Origin: Thermostichus sp. DRC_bins_24
GTDB taxonomy: Bacteria > Cyanobacteriota > Cyanobacteriia > Thermostichales > Thermostichaceae
Assembly: GCA_039794845.1 (NCBI GenBank)
Contig: JAUQVK010000040.1
Location: 1-26,565 of the forward strand
Length of the DNA: 26,565 nt
Direction of reading: 5' to 3'
In this document: in pieces, positions 1 to 9,980 of the stretch
Numbering within the stretch: the stretch's first letter is position 1
How the letters are laid out: every line of letters begins with the position of its first letter
Notes under the pieces: generated by a model
Database searches by the model: none
What the model saw: the letters and a program-made list of their open reading frames with translations, nothing else
Told to the model about the DNA's origin: nothing
Program-made: the position numbers and the translations under genes

Positions 1-2
1 TG

Positions 3-131
3 CGGCAGAACGGCTATGACATTCGTACCGTTCAGGAATTACTAGGTCACAAGAATGTCAAGACCACGAGGGTTTACACCCATGTGCTCAACAAAGGCGG
101 TCGCGGAGTCAGAAGCCCTCTGGATCCCTAA
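3..131 (+). CDS. intI: C-terminal end of an integron-type tyrosine integrase (partial, enters from the left edge; may be a relic)
   Basis: My translation from base 3 is [42 protein letters not shown]. It contains box II LLGH...TT..YTH and the YTHVLNxGGxGVRSPLD tail characteristic of IntI. Not in the ORF track. Confidence 0.85.
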   Translation, partial: RQNGYDIRTVQELLGHKNVKTTRVYTHVLNKGGRGVRSPLDP

Positions 132-220
132 GCTATCTCATTGAGGGATCCCTTTCCTAAGAATCACACTCTTCAATCCTGATGACCCTCCGGGTCGTGC
201 AGAAGAGCATGAGCGCTAAG

Positions 221-1633
221 CTATCGGGCACTCCACTCATGGTGGAAGACACCGGGCTTATCGGTACGCTCAAAGGTGTGTGCCCCAAAGAAGTCTCGCT
301 GGGCTTGGGTGAGGTTTTGGGGCAGATTGGCAGTGCGGTAGCTGTCGTAGTAAGCCAAGGAGGCACTGATGGCGGGAATCGGGATCCCCAAAGCGGCGGC
401 TGTGGCTACCACCCGGCGCCAGGATCCCTGTCGTTCCTGAATGGCTTGCTTGAACTCCTCATCCAAAAGCAGGTTCACCAGTTCGGGATCCCGTTTGTAG
501 GCGGACTGGATCTCACCGAGGAAGCGGGCCCGAATGATGCACCCCCCCTTCCAAATGCGGGGGATCTCGCTGAAGTCGTAGATGTAGCCGTGGGTGGCGG
601 CAGCTTTTTTGATCAGGGCCATCCCCTGGGCATAGGAGCAGATTTTGGCGCAGTAGAGGGCGGCCCGTAGGTCTTGAATAAAACTTTCTGGATCCCCTTC
701 AAAGGTGGTACCGGGGCCTTTCAGTTGTGTGGAAGCGTAGAGCCGTTCTTCTTTAATGGAAGAAAGGATCCGGGCTTGCACCGCCGCTTCGATCGTGGGT
801 ACGGCCACGCCCAAATCTAGGGCATCTTTCACCGTCCACAGTCCTGTTCCTTTTTGGCCGGCCTTGTCCAGAATCAGATCCACCAAGGGTTTGCCCGTAT
901 CGGGATCCATCGTTTGGAAGATCTTGGCGGTAATCTCAATCAGGAAGGACTCCAGTTCCGTTTCATTCCAAGTTTGGAAAATCTCTTGCATCTGCTCTGC
1001 AGAAAGGTTTAATCCCCGGCGCATCAGGTCATAGACTTCGGCGATCAGTTGCATATCCCCGTATTCGATGCCGTTGTGCACCATCTTCACGTAGTGCCCG
1101 CCTCCTTTGGGCCCTAGGTAGGTGACACAGGGGCCATCCGGCACCTGAGCGGCAATTTTGGTCAGGATGGGTTCGAGTTCTTTGTAAGCTTCTGGGCTGC
1201 AACCGGGCATCAAACTGGGGCCATTCAAGGCACCCTCTTCGCCACCGCTGACTCCCATGCCGACAAAGTGTAATCCTGTGGGGGCAAGAGCTTCGGCGCG
1301 GCGATCCGTATCGGTGTAGAGGGAGTTGCCGCCATCGATGATGATGTCTCCCGGATCTAGCAGTGGCTTTAACTCATCAATCACCGCATCCACCGGGCTT
1401 CCCGCCTTGACCATGATCAGGAACTTGCGGGGCCGTTCCATCAGCTGCACCAATTCCGGCAAGCTGTAGGCGGGGGTAACCTGTTTGCCCTGGGCCCGTT
1501 CTCGGATGAATTGATCCGTTTTGGATCTGGTGCGGTTGTAAACAGCGATCGGGAAACCATTGCGTTCCACGTTGAGGGCGAGGTTTTCCCCCATCACGGC
1601 TAAACCGATAACGGCAAAGCTGGGCTTGCTCAT
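221..1633 (-). CDS. gndA: 6-phosphogluconate dehydrogenase, NADP-dependent, decarboxylating
   Basis: 470 aa with IGLAVMGENLALN, IDGGN, VSGGEEGA, VKMVHNGIEYGDMQ and QAQRDFFGAHTF. Confidence 0.98.
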   Translation of the reverse strand: MSKPSFAVIGLAVMGENLALNVERNGFPIAVYNRTRSKTDQFIRERAQGKQVTPAYSLPELVQLMERPRKFLIMVKAGSPVDAVIDELKPLLDPGDIIIDGGNSLYTDTDRRAEALAPTGLHFVGMGVSGGEEGALNGPSLMPGCSPEAYKELEPILTKIAAQVPDGPCVTYLGPKGGGHYVKMVHNGIEYGDMQLIAEVYDLMRRGLNLSAEQMQEIFQTWNETELESFLIEITAKIFQTMDPDTGKPLVDLILDKAGQKGTGLWTVKDALDLGVAVPTIEAAVQARILSSIKEERLYASTQLKGPGTTFEGDPESFIQDLRAALYCAKICSYAQGMALIKKAAATHGYIYDFSEIPRIWKGGCIIRARFLGEIQSAYKRDPELVNLLLDEEFKQAIQERQGSWRRVVATAAALGIPIPAISASLAYYDSYRTANLPQNLTQAQRDFFGAHTFERTDKPGVFHHEWSAR

Positions 1634-1804
1634 GGTTGCAGGTCCTTTCGGGAGAGCGGCAAATTACCAATAACCCACCCAATCTAAGGGCCGATTTGGC
1701 TGCAACCCTTGAGGGATCCTGTTTTCTTCACCTTTGGAATCGCCGGTTGGATCCTACGAAATTTTCGAGCAGATGTCCTCTTTGGCTCGTTGTTCCCGTC
1801 TGTT

Positions 1805-2320
1805 TTAAGGGCAACCCAAGCTCTCGCGGGTATCGACTCCTGTGACCGAATGGGATCCGCTGGCCCGTTCACACAACTGCTGCTGTGCCGCCCGATCCAC
1901 ATAGGCTTCACTAAAGTCTGCGCCGGTGATCGTGGCTCCCTGCCAAACAGCTCGTGCGGCGATCACGCCCGTTAGGTTGGCTCCACTTAGGTCGGCCCCC
2001 GCTAGGTTGGCCAAATCCAACAGGCCATTGCTCAGATCCACGCCCGCCAGGTTGGCTTGTGTTAAGTCTGCTTTGGTGAACGCCACACCCCCCAAGTTGG
2101 CACCGTGGAGATCCGCCCCATGCAGGTTGGCACTGACAAAACTACTGCCCCGCCAATCTTGGCCAGACAGATCCTGCCCTTGCAAGTCGGCATTGTTGAA
2201 ATTGAGACGGGTCTGACTCCAAGCCGGGGATCCCCCTAGCCAGAGCAGGAGTACCAGTAGCCCTGCCCATAGCCCTCGCATCAGAGGAATCAATCTTATC
2301 GATCTTGAGGTGAGGTTCAT
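1805..2320 (-). CDS. Pentapeptide repeat protein with signal peptide (start ATG 2320 or 2281)
   Basis: A(D/N)LxG repeats, hydrophobic leader ending PAWS, and the C-terminal LC...TGVDTRESLGC typical of lumenal/periplasmic cyanobacterial pentapeptide proteins. Confidence 0.92.
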   Translation of the reverse strand: MNLTSRSIRLIPLMRGLWAGLLVLLLWLGGSPAWSQTRLNFNNADLQGQDLSGQDWRGSSFVSANLHGADLHGANLGGVAFTKADLTQANLAGVDLSNGLLDLANLAGADLSGANLTGVIAARAVWQGATITGADFSEAYVDRAAQQQLCERASGSHSVTGVDTRESLGCP

Positions 2321-2375
2321 CCGGGATCCCTGAGTCCTGCACCCCACATTCTAAGAGGGATGCTTTGTTGAGGGT

Positions 2376-3578
2376 TTACCCCCCATAGGTGACATTGCGC
2401 TCTGTGGTGCGGAACTGGATGATGGTGAGGCCCACGACCATCAAGAACAACACAATCGATTGCGCCGCGGCCTTGCCCAAGTTGCCGGAAGAAACCCCAA
2501 TTTTGTAGATCTCGTAGATCAATACCGACGTGGAGCCGGAAGGGCCGCCGGCAGTGAGCAGATCGATAGTGCCAAAAATATCGAAAAAAGCGTAGGTCAT
2601 GTTGGTAATCACCAAAAAGAAGGTGATGGGAGAAAGCAGCGGTACGGTAATGGACAAAAAGCGGCGGAGGGCTCCGGCCCCATCAATGGCAGCGGCTTCT
2701 TGCAGATCCTTAGGCAAATTTTGCAGCCCAGCAATATAGAACAAAATGTTGTAGCCCATCTGTTTCCAAACGCTGGCGAAGATTACTACCCATGGAGCCA
2801 AATTGGGATTGCTCAGCCAATTCAAACGGGGGATCCCCACCAACCCCAGCAAATAGTTGGCCACACCCCCCAAGGGGTTAAACATAATAAAAAAGATGAT
2901 CCCCGCCACCGCCGGCGAAATGGCATAGGGCCAGATCAGGAGAATGCGATAAATCGCTGCCCCACGAATCGGTTGGTAGGCCAAGGTGGCAATCAATAGG
3001 GATCCCGTCAACCCAAAGAAAATGATGGCAGCGGAGATGGCGAAGGTGATGGTAATGCTACGTAGATAGGTAGCATCCGACAGTAGGCCCGTGAAATTAT
3101 CCACGCAGACAAAGCGGCTTCGCGGGGCACCAACGAACGTGAGCAAGGTGGAGAGGCGGAAGGTATCCAAGCCCGGATAGTAGAGGAACAGCACCAGAAT
3201 CGTCAGGGTGGGGGATAGCAACAACCAAGCCAGCCACCCCTGCTTAAAAATGCCTTTTTGTTGGGGGACTGTGCTTTTCATGCCCAGGTGACGGCGATAT
3301 TCCTGTTGGGTCCACCACAGCAGTGGCCCTAGGGGAATGGCCATGCCCACCAGCACCAACCCCAGGCCAAAGGCAATATCGATCAGCTGGCGCTCCGGTT
3401 CAAAGGTGCAAAAATCCAGCGGCACCATAAAAATCAGGGATCCCAAGCCCCCTGCCAGACCCCCCAAGAGGGCCCCCACCAGCCCGGAACGCTGCATCCG
3501 TCGAAAGCGGGATCCCACCCAAACGGCCCCGATTAACCCCGCCAACAGCGGCACCCCAATTTGGATCAACTCCAACAT
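2376..3578 (-). CDS. Carbohydrate (CUT1) ABC transporter permease, UgpA-like, with an N-terminal membrane extension of about 110 aa
   Basis: EAA loop EAAAIDGAG; ITVPLLSPITFFL; WKQMGYNILFYIAGLQ. Confidence 0.9.
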   Translation of the reverse strand: MLELIQIGVPLLAGLIGAVWVGSRFRRMQRSGLVGALLGGLAGGLGSLIFMVPLDFCTFEPERQLIDIAFGLGLVLVGMAIPLGPLLWWTQQEYRRHLGMKSTVPQQKGIFKQGWLAWLLLSPTLTILVLFLYYPGLDTFRLSTLLTFVGAPRSRFVCVDNFTGLLSDATYLRSITITFAISAAIIFFGLTGSLLIATLAYQPIRGAAIYRILLIWPYAISPAVAGIIFFIMFNPLGGVANYLLGLVGIPRLNWLSNPNLAPWVVIFASVWKQMGYNILFYIAGLQNLPKDLQEAAAIDGAGALRRFLSITVPLLSPITFFLVITNMTYAFFDIFGTIDLLTAGGPSGSTSVLIYEIYKIGVSSGNLGKAAAQSIVLFLMVVGLTIIQFRTTERNVTYGG

Positions 3579-3629
3579 GGCTTCTTCCTTCTTCGCTTAC
3601 GGCTCCTCCGGCTTCAGTTCCCACCGGCC

Positions 3630-3651
3630 AAAAAGGGGCAGGCACCTGCCC
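3630..3651 (-). terminator. Intercistronic stem-loop after the substrate-binding protein gene
   Basis: GGGCAGG-ca-CCTGCCC hairpin at 3636-3651, followed on the minus strand by CTTTTT. Confidence 0.5.
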
Positions 3652-3698
3652 ACCCCCATCCCTTTGGATCCCCCAGCCCGAATACCCCAGTGACCGGG

Positions 3699-5057
3699 CT
3701 AGTCGTAGAGGGAGTTGTATTCTGCCAGCAAACGGTTGGCCTCCTCATTGGCCCGGATCATCGCTTCCTCTGGATCCCCGCCCTGCAGCATCAGGTTTTC
3801 CATGGTTTGGGTGATCACATCGCGGGTTTGGGGGAAGGATCCCAGCAGTGCTCCCCGTGTGGCGGTGGTGACGGTGGAGTTGTTGATCTGGTCGCTGGCG
3901 GTAAAGAAGTTGGGGTTCTCTTCAAACCAACCCTGAGACTCCAGCAATTCCACCGAGCTTTCTCGGATCGGCAGATAGCCCGTCACCTGGTGCCACTCAG
4001 CGGCGTTTTCGGTGTTGTTGAGCCAGAGCATGAAGGACAGTGCCCCATCCTCCACTTCCGTGGGCAGCCCATCCACCAACCAGAGGCTCGCCCCCCCGAT
4101 CAGGTTGCCGGTCCACCCCATGTCAGCGTTGTAGGGCATACGGGTGGTGACGATCTCAATATCGTTTTCTTTGGCAGCGTTGGTGATGTTGGCAGCATCA
4201 GCGCTGCTGGTAATCGCCATGGCGACGGTGCCCGTTTGAATGGCTTGCTCGGTGGCGGCCCAATCCCGCTGACGGCCGCTATAGACGTAGTAGCCCTTGT
4301 CTTCCATGCTCTGCCACCAAGAGGCGATGGCAACAGAAGGCTCAGAATCCAAGAACAGCCGGGTGGCACGAGCAGCCCGACCATTTTGATTGTTGGCCAG
4401 AATGGCATTTTGCTGGGCCATCCACTGCTCGTAGAACCAACCGTGATTGGGCCAAGTGATGCAGCCCTGGGGAGCGTCGGGGAGGGCCATGATCTTTTCG
4501 CAGGCGGCTTCCACCTCCTGCCAGGTGGCAGGTGGGGTGTCAATGCCCGCTTTTTCCAGGATGGCGGTGTTGGAGTAGAGGATGGGGCTGGAGCTGTTCC
4601 AGGGCATGGAGGTGAACTTGCCGTCCAGGGTGTAGTAGCTCACCACCGGCTGAATGAAGTCATCGAAATTCACCGGGATCCCATTGACTTCGGTACGATC
4701 CCCGAGGGCATCGGCAATGGACTTAAAGTACCCAAAATCCCGTGCCCGCTGGGTGCCCACCTCAAACCACTGCACCACAGAAGGAGCAGCATTCTGCTGA
4801 ATGGCCAGGTCGGTGGCCTGCTGAATTTCCTCGTAGTTGGCGTAGCCCTCGACCGTCACGTTGTACTGAGGGAATTGTTCATTAAATTCGGCTGCTTTCT
4901 CCCGCGTCCAATCGAGACGGTTATCGGTAAAGGCAATCCAAACTTTCACATCAGTAGGGGATTGAGCAAAGCTGTCGGCAGCCAGAAAAGCAGCCCCAGA
5001 GGCAGCCACGAAGCCAGCGGCAACAGCTAGGAAAGTACGACGGGTGTTTGTATTCAT
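3699..5057 (-). CDS. ABC transporter extracellular solute-binding protein, UgpB-like, with Tat signal
   Basis: TRRTFL twin-arginine leader; SMPWNSSSPILY, PPATWQEV, IGGASLW, AEWHQVTGYLP. Confidence 0.92.
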   Translation of the reverse strand: MNTNTRRTFLAVAAGFVAASGAAFLAADSFAQSPTDVKVWIAFTDNRLDWTREKAAEFNEQFPQYNVTVEGYANYEEIQQATDLAIQQNAAPSVVQWFEVGTQRARDFGYFKSIADALGDRTEVNGIPVNFDDFIQPVVSYYTLDGKFTSMPWNSSSPILYSNTAILEKAGIDTPPATWQEVEAACEKIMALPDAPQGCITWPNHGWFYEQWMAQQNAILANNQNGRAARATRLFLDSEPSVAIASWWQSMEDKGYYVYSGRQRDWAATEQAIQTGTVAMAITSSADAANITNAAKENDIEIVTTRMPYNADMGWTGNLIGGASLWLVDGLPTEVEDGALSFMLWLNNTENAAEWHQVTGYLPIRESSVELLESQGWFEENPNFFTASDQINNSTVTTATRGALLGSFPQTRDVITQTMENLMLQGGDPEEAMIRANEEANRLLAEYNSLYD

Positions 5058-5313
5058 AGATTGGGGTACGGTCGCGTTTATCAGAGGCAGCTATGAGGTT
5101 ACTGCAGCAACATTAAGAGCAGGTTATAACCCCTCCTCATTCCAGTGACAAACCCGCTACAGATCTTGAACAGATCCTGAGAGGTTGTGGGCGCTTCGGT
5201 GACCCTCCGGGTCGTCTGGAGGACGACTGAACCCACAGGCTGGAGTCGGAGTCTAATGGAGTGAAGGCCGAAGATGGATTAGTGGTTACGGCCATCCAAG
5301 GGGGCCCCCAAAC

Positions 5314-6018
5314 ATGAACAATGCACATTTTCGTTTGTCGCTGGTTACCGCCCTCTTGGTGGCGTTGACCCTTGCTCCCTCTGCCCAGGCCCAACCCCGT
5401 CAGCGCACCCGCATCACCACGACACAGCCATCCCTGACCATCCGGGGTGAACGGACCTCTACAGGGCCAGGCTCCTTTTCCAACGCCGGCAGCTACACCC
5501 GCACCGGACCAAACGGGGGATCCGGCAGTGGTACCTATTCCGGCCAGGGATCCCGGCGATTGATTCCCGGTCAGGGGGTGGAAGGGGTATATTCCGGCCA
5601 AATCACCACCGAGCGAGGCCAGACCTGGAACCTAAACCATCAGCACAACACCACTCGCACCGATGAGGGTTGGCAACGACAGGGCCATACCACGGTGCAA
5701 AACGCCGAGGGAGAAACCGTAGGCAGCAACTCCGCCATCATCAAAGGTCAGCCGGGAGAGGGCCGGCAACGCACTGGGCAATTCGATACCGCCCGCGGAC
5801 AAAGCCTCACCACTGAGTCGAGTGGCACACCGACCAGACCAGGGCAATGGCGGCGTAAAACCCGTGTGTTTGATGGCGAGGGGGAGCTGCTTGGGGGCTC
5901 TGATACGGATGTGCAGTATCAATTGATGCCGGGGCAAGGCTGGGTGAAAACTGTGGACGGCAGCACGCTGAATGGGCAACCGATCCGCCGCACCACCACG
6001 GTTAACCCCAATCCGTAA
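5314..6018 (+). CDS. Hypothetical secreted Gly/Thr/Arg-rich protein
   Basis: 234 aa ORF with signal peptide ending AQA and repeated beta-hairpin-like G-x-x-x-T-x-R-G-Q units. Confidence 0.75.
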   Translation: MNNAHFRLSLVTALLVALTLAPSAQAQPRQRTRITTTQPSLTIRGERTSTGPGSFSNAGSYTRTGPNGGSGSGTYSGQGSRRLIPGQGVEGVYSGQITTERGQTWNLNHQHNTTRTDEGWQRQGHTTVQNAEGETVGSNSAIIKGQPGEGRQRTGQFDTARGQSLTTESSGTPTRPGQWRRKTRVFDGEGELLGGSDTDVQYQLMPGQGWVKTVDGSTLNGQPIRRTTTVNPNP

Positions 6019-6119
6019 GGGATCCCCGGGTTTGCAACCGACTGATGCCCAGGGTCATCGGGCCTTGAAGCCAGCGTGTATGGTAGATAAAAGCTCGTTT
6101 TGGGTTTCTCCCCGTCCCT

Positions 6120-7862
6120 ATGCCCAGGGTTAGCACCTCTCAAAACCAAACCGACCAACGCTTCAGCCCTGCCCACGCCAAAGGGTTAAAACCCTACCAG
6201 CAAAAGCAACTGCAACGGCTTTATCAGCTGCGCTTGCCCCCCAGCAGCCTTGTCACGGTCGAATTTGCCCAACGGCTGGGATCCATCTGCCAAGAATTGG
6301 ATTATCAACCGATCAGTGTTTACCTAAACCGGCGCGGCCAAGTGATTCGCGTCGGGGTGGGATCCCCCTTTGAAACCCAAATCCCCGCCTGGGAACTGCC
6401 GCGTCAGGGGGCGGAGCGACTGTCGGGGATCCGCTGCATCACCACCCAAACGGGCTCAGAAGGGCCGGGGCAAAAGGCACTGACGGCCATGGCTCTGCAA
6501 CGGTTGGATGCCCTGATCACCCTTTCGGTGTCCAAATCTGGCGGGCACCTGCGACGGGGGGGAACCGCCACGGGCTTTATCGAGCGGGCCTATTTGGCGC
6601 ATCTGTTGCCGGATGGAGAAAGCCGCTGGTTGGTTTCAGAGCCCCTGCCGGTGGGGATCCTGGCGGAACAAGATTTACAAGAGCTGGTGGCGGCTCTGGA
6701 GGATCAGTTTCGGCGCCAATTCACCGCCCGCCAAGTGGATCTGGATCAGGATCGGGCGGTACTGGTGGGGTTGCAGGAGCCGGGGCAGAGCGGCGAAGAC
6801 TTGATGGATGTTTTAGCGGAGTTGGGTCGCCTGGTGGAAAGCGCCGGCGGGCAGGTGCTGCACACCCTCTGGCAAAAACGGGAAGGCCCCAGTTCCACCA
6901 CAGTAATCGGCTCCGGCAAGGTTCAGGAGTTGGCTCTGCTGGTGCAGGATTTGGGCGCCAACCTGGTGGTCTTCGACCGGGAACTCACCCCCAGCCAAGT
7001 GCGTAGCCTGGAGGCAGCGGTGGGGGTACGGGTGGTGGATCGCAGCGAGGTGATTCTGGATATTTTCGCTCAACGGGCCAGAACCCGCGCCGGGAAATTG
7101 CAGGTGGAACTGGCGCAATTGCAGTATTTGCTGCCCCGTTTGGCCGGTCGAGGCCGCACCATGTCTCGTTTGGGAGGTGGCATTGGCACCCGTGGCCCCG
7201 GGGAAACGCAACTGGAAATGGAGCGGCGAGCCATTCAACGGCGCATCAGCAAGCTCCGCCAACAGGTGCAGGAGCTGCGCAACCATCGGCAACGGCTGCG
7301 GCAACGACGGGAGGGATCCCAAATTCCGGTGGTGGCAATTGTGGGCTATACCAATGCCGGAAAATCCACCCTGCTCAACACCCTCACCCATTCCCAGGTG
7401 TACGCTGCCGATCAACTGTTTGCCACCTTGGATCCCACCACCCGGCGGCTGGATTTGCCCCAGCATCAGGCGGTGCTGCTCACGGATACGGTAGGGTTTC
7501 TAACCGAATTGCCCGATCAACTGGTGGATGCCTTTCAGGCCACCCTGGAGGAAGTCACCGAAGCCGATGCCCTGCTGCACGTGGTGGATCTTTCCCATCC
7601 CAATTGGGAGGGGCAAATTGAGGCGGTGGAGAACTTATTGGATGAAATGCCTCTGGCCACCGGCCCCCGGCAACTGGTGTTCAACAAAATAGACCGGGTG
7701 GATCCAGAGTGGTTGGAAGACGTGCAACTGCTGTATCCGAAGGCCCTGTTTGTCTCTTCCACCACCGGCCAAAACCTGGATCAACTGCGCCACACCCTGG
7801 CAGGGCTTGCCTCTGCCCTGAACCCGAAGGACTGCAGCTGGGCGGAATCCAGGGATCCCTGA
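6120..7862 (+). CDS. hflX: GTPase HflX (long cyanobacterial form)
   Basis: ILDIFAQRA, GGGIGTRGPGET, GYTNAGKS, LFATLDPT, DTVGF, NKID. Confidence 0.97.
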   Translation: MPRVSTSQNQTDQRFSPAHAKGLKPYQQKQLQRLYQLRLPPSSLVTVEFAQRLGSICQELDYQPISVYLNRRGQVIRVGVGSPFETQIPAWELPRQGAERLSGIRCITTQTGSEGPGQKALTAMALQRLDALITLSVSKSGGHLRRGGTATGFIERAYLAHLLPDGESRWLVSEPLPVGILAEQDLQELVAALEDQFRRQFTARQVDLDQDRAVLVGLQEPGQSGEDLMDVLAELGRLVESAGGQVLHTLWQKREGPSSTTVIGSGKVQELALLVQDLGANLVVFDRELTPSQVRSLEAAVGVRVVDRSEVILDIFAQRARTRAGKLQVELAQLQYLLPRLAGRGRTMSRLGGGIGTRGPGETQLEMERRAIQRRISKLRQQVQELRNHRQRLRQRREGSQIPVVAIVGYTNAGKSTLLNTLTHSQVYAADQLFATLDPTTRRLDLPQHQAVLLTDTVGFLTELPDQLVDAFQATLEEVTEADALLHVVDLSHPNWEGQIEAVENLLDEMPLATGPRQLVFNKIDRVDPEWLEDVQLLYPKALFVSSTTGQNLDQLRHTLAGLASALNPKDCSWAESRDP

Positions 7863-7866
7863 AGGC

Positions 7867-7883
7867 TATAAATGAAAAATATA
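7867..7883. promoter_or_regulatory. Putative LysR-type regulator box upstream of the flavodiiron gene
   Basis: TATA-aatgaaaaa-TATA forms an ATA-N9-TAT (T-N11-A) dyad in an AT-rich intergenic region. Confidence 0.45.
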
Positions 7884-7966
7884 AGTATTACAAAGTCTAA
7901 ACATTAGAATATCCAGTTACATTGAAAGTTAAATCGTTACCTGGCTGTATGCGAGAGGGAGGAAAT

Positions 7967-9703
7967 ATGGCCGTCACCGCAGTCGCACCTCGTCCTGTTC
8001 AGTCGCACCTCACTCTGCAAACCCTATCCATCGGAACCGATACCTTGGCGATTCGCTCCCAAGACTGGGATCGGGATCGCTTTGACATTGAGTTCGCCCT
8101 GGAAAACGGCACCACCTACAACTCCTTTTTGATCCGTGGAGAAAAGGTGGCCCTGATCGACACCTCCCATGAGAAGTTTCGCCAGCTTTATTTTGATTTT
8201 CTACAAGGGATCCTCAACCCTGCCGAGATTGATTACCTGGTGATCAGCCATACCGAGCCGGATCACAGTGGCCTGGTGAGAGATCTGTTGGAGCTCGCCC
8301 CTCAAATCACGGTGGTTGCCTCCAAAGTGGCGGTGCAATTCCTAGAAGACCTGGTGCATCGGCCCTTCGAGCGGCAGTTGGTGAAAAGTGGTGACCGTCT
8401 GGATCTGGGCAAGGGGCATGTTTTGGAGTTTGTTTCCGCCCCCAACCTGCATTGGCCCGACACCATCCTGACCTACGACCACGGCACCCAAATTCTCTAC
8501 ACCTGTGATGTGTTTGGGATGCACTACTGCGACGATTTCGGCTGGGATGAGCACCCCCACCTGCTGCAGTCGGACTACAAGCTCTACTACGACTGTCTAA
8601 TGGGGCCGAATGCCCGCTCGGTGTTGTCGGCCCTGAAGCGCATGGAAGCCCTCCCTCCCATCGCGGCTATCGCCACGGGTCACGGACCTCTGTTGCGGCA
8701 CCACCTGGCCGACTGGGTGGAGCAATATCGCGCCTGGAGCCTGGAGCAAGCCAAAGCCGAACGGATGGTGGCGGTGTTTTACCTGTCGGGGTATGGCCAG
8801 GCAGAATCTCTGGCCCAAGCCATTGCCCGTGGGATCCAAAAAACCGGTGTCCAAGCCGAACTGGTGGATCTGCGGCTGGTAGATGCCCATGAGGTGCGGG
8901 AGCTGGTGAGCTTGGCTGTGGGAGTGGTGGTGGGCATGCCCCCCCAATCTGGCCCGGATGCGGCGGCGACCCAGGTACTGCTCAAAACCCTGCTGGCAGC
9001 AACCCATAGCAAGCAGAGCTTTGGCCTGTTCGAGTCTGGGGGAGCGGATGACGAGTCGGTGTACCTCTGCCGCAATACCCTACAAGAGATCGGCGCCAAA
9101 GAAGCCTTTGCCCCGATCTTGCTCAAGCAACCTGCCAATGACGCCCTGCTACAACTGTGTGAGGAAGCGGGTACCGACCTAGGGCAATGGTTGACGCGGG
9201 ATCGCAACATTCAACAAATGAAAGCCCTCGATGCGGATTTGGATCGGGCCTTGGGCCGCATCAGCAATGGTCTTTACATCATCACTGCCCAAAAAGGGCA
9301 AGCCAATAGCGCCATGTTGGCCTCTTGGGTGGCCCAAGCCAGTAGCGAACCGCCTGGGATCACCATCGCCGTAGCCAAAGATCGGGCGATCGAGTCTTTC
9401 CTGCAGGTGGGGGATACCTTTGTCTTGAATGTGTTGCAGGAGGGCAACTATCAGTCGTTGATGCGCCACTTCCTCAAGCGCTTTCCACCCGGGGCCGATC
9501 GCTTTGCCGGAGTCAAAACCTACCCCGCTGCCAATAGATCCCCGATTTTGGCCGATGCCCTGGCCTATCTGGAGTGCCGGGTGGCGAGCCGCATGGAAAC
9601 CAGCGATCATTGGGTCGTCTACAGCACCCTAGAAGCCGGTCGTGTCTCCAGCTTAGGAGCCCTCACGGCTGTTCACCACCGCAAAGTGGGCAATCATTAC
9701 TAG
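7967..9703 (+). CDS. Flavodiiron protein (diflavin flavoprotein), Flv3/Flv4 type
   Basis: Canonical diiron motif SHTEPDHSG, plus LHWPD, CDVFG and GHGP; flavodoxin and flavin-reductase domains ending HHRKVGNHY; GGAGG RBS before ATG 7967. Confidence 0.95.
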   Translation: MAVTAVAPRPVQSHLTLQTLSIGTDTLAIRSQDWDRDRFDIEFALENGTTYNSFLIRGEKVALIDTSHEKFRQLYFDFLQGILNPAEIDYLVISHTEPDHSGLVRDLLELAPQITVVASKVAVQFLEDLVHRPFERQLVKSGDRLDLGKGHVLEFVSAPNLHWPDTILTYDHGTQILYTCDVFGMHYCDDFGWDEHPHLLQSDYKLYYDCLMGPNARSVLSALKRMEALPPIAAIATGHGPLLRHHLADWVEQYRAWSLEQAKAERMVAVFYLSGYGQAESLAQAIARGIQKTGVQAELVDLRLVDAHEVRELVSLAVGVVVGMPPQSGPDAAATQVLLKTLLAATHSKQSFGLFESGGADDESVYLCRNTLQEIGAKEAFAPILLKQPANDALLQLCEEAGTDLGQWLTRDRNIQQMKALDADLDRALGRISNGLYIITAQKGQANSAMLASWVAQASSEPPGITIAVAKDRAIESFLQVGDTFVLNVLQEGNYQSLMRHFLKRFPPGADRFAGVKTYPAANRSPILADALAYLECRVASRMETSDHWVVYSTLEAGRVSSLGALTAVHHRKVGNHY

Positions 9704-9980
9704 TCATTACCGATTCACGGGTTCAGGCTGAGGGGCACTTCGACCAATTGCCTTGTTGCAAATCGGATAAGGCTAGGGTGCCCATTCTATAGTCACTCCA
9801 AACATAGCCTCTGGGCTTTTGAAACTTAGACAAACGATTGTAGGTTGACTCTGAAAATGTGCATAATAGCATGCCTCAGAATCAACGATTCGTTCCTATT
9901 TTTGTTGCATTTTCTATCCCTTTAATCTTTCCTACTTTATCTCCAATAAAAACTGAACTTCCTTCTCAAATTGCCCCTGG

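Noticed and set aside
3561..5030. 489-aa plus-strand ORF
   Set aside because: Antisense shadow of the solute-binding protein gene, with no recognisable motifs
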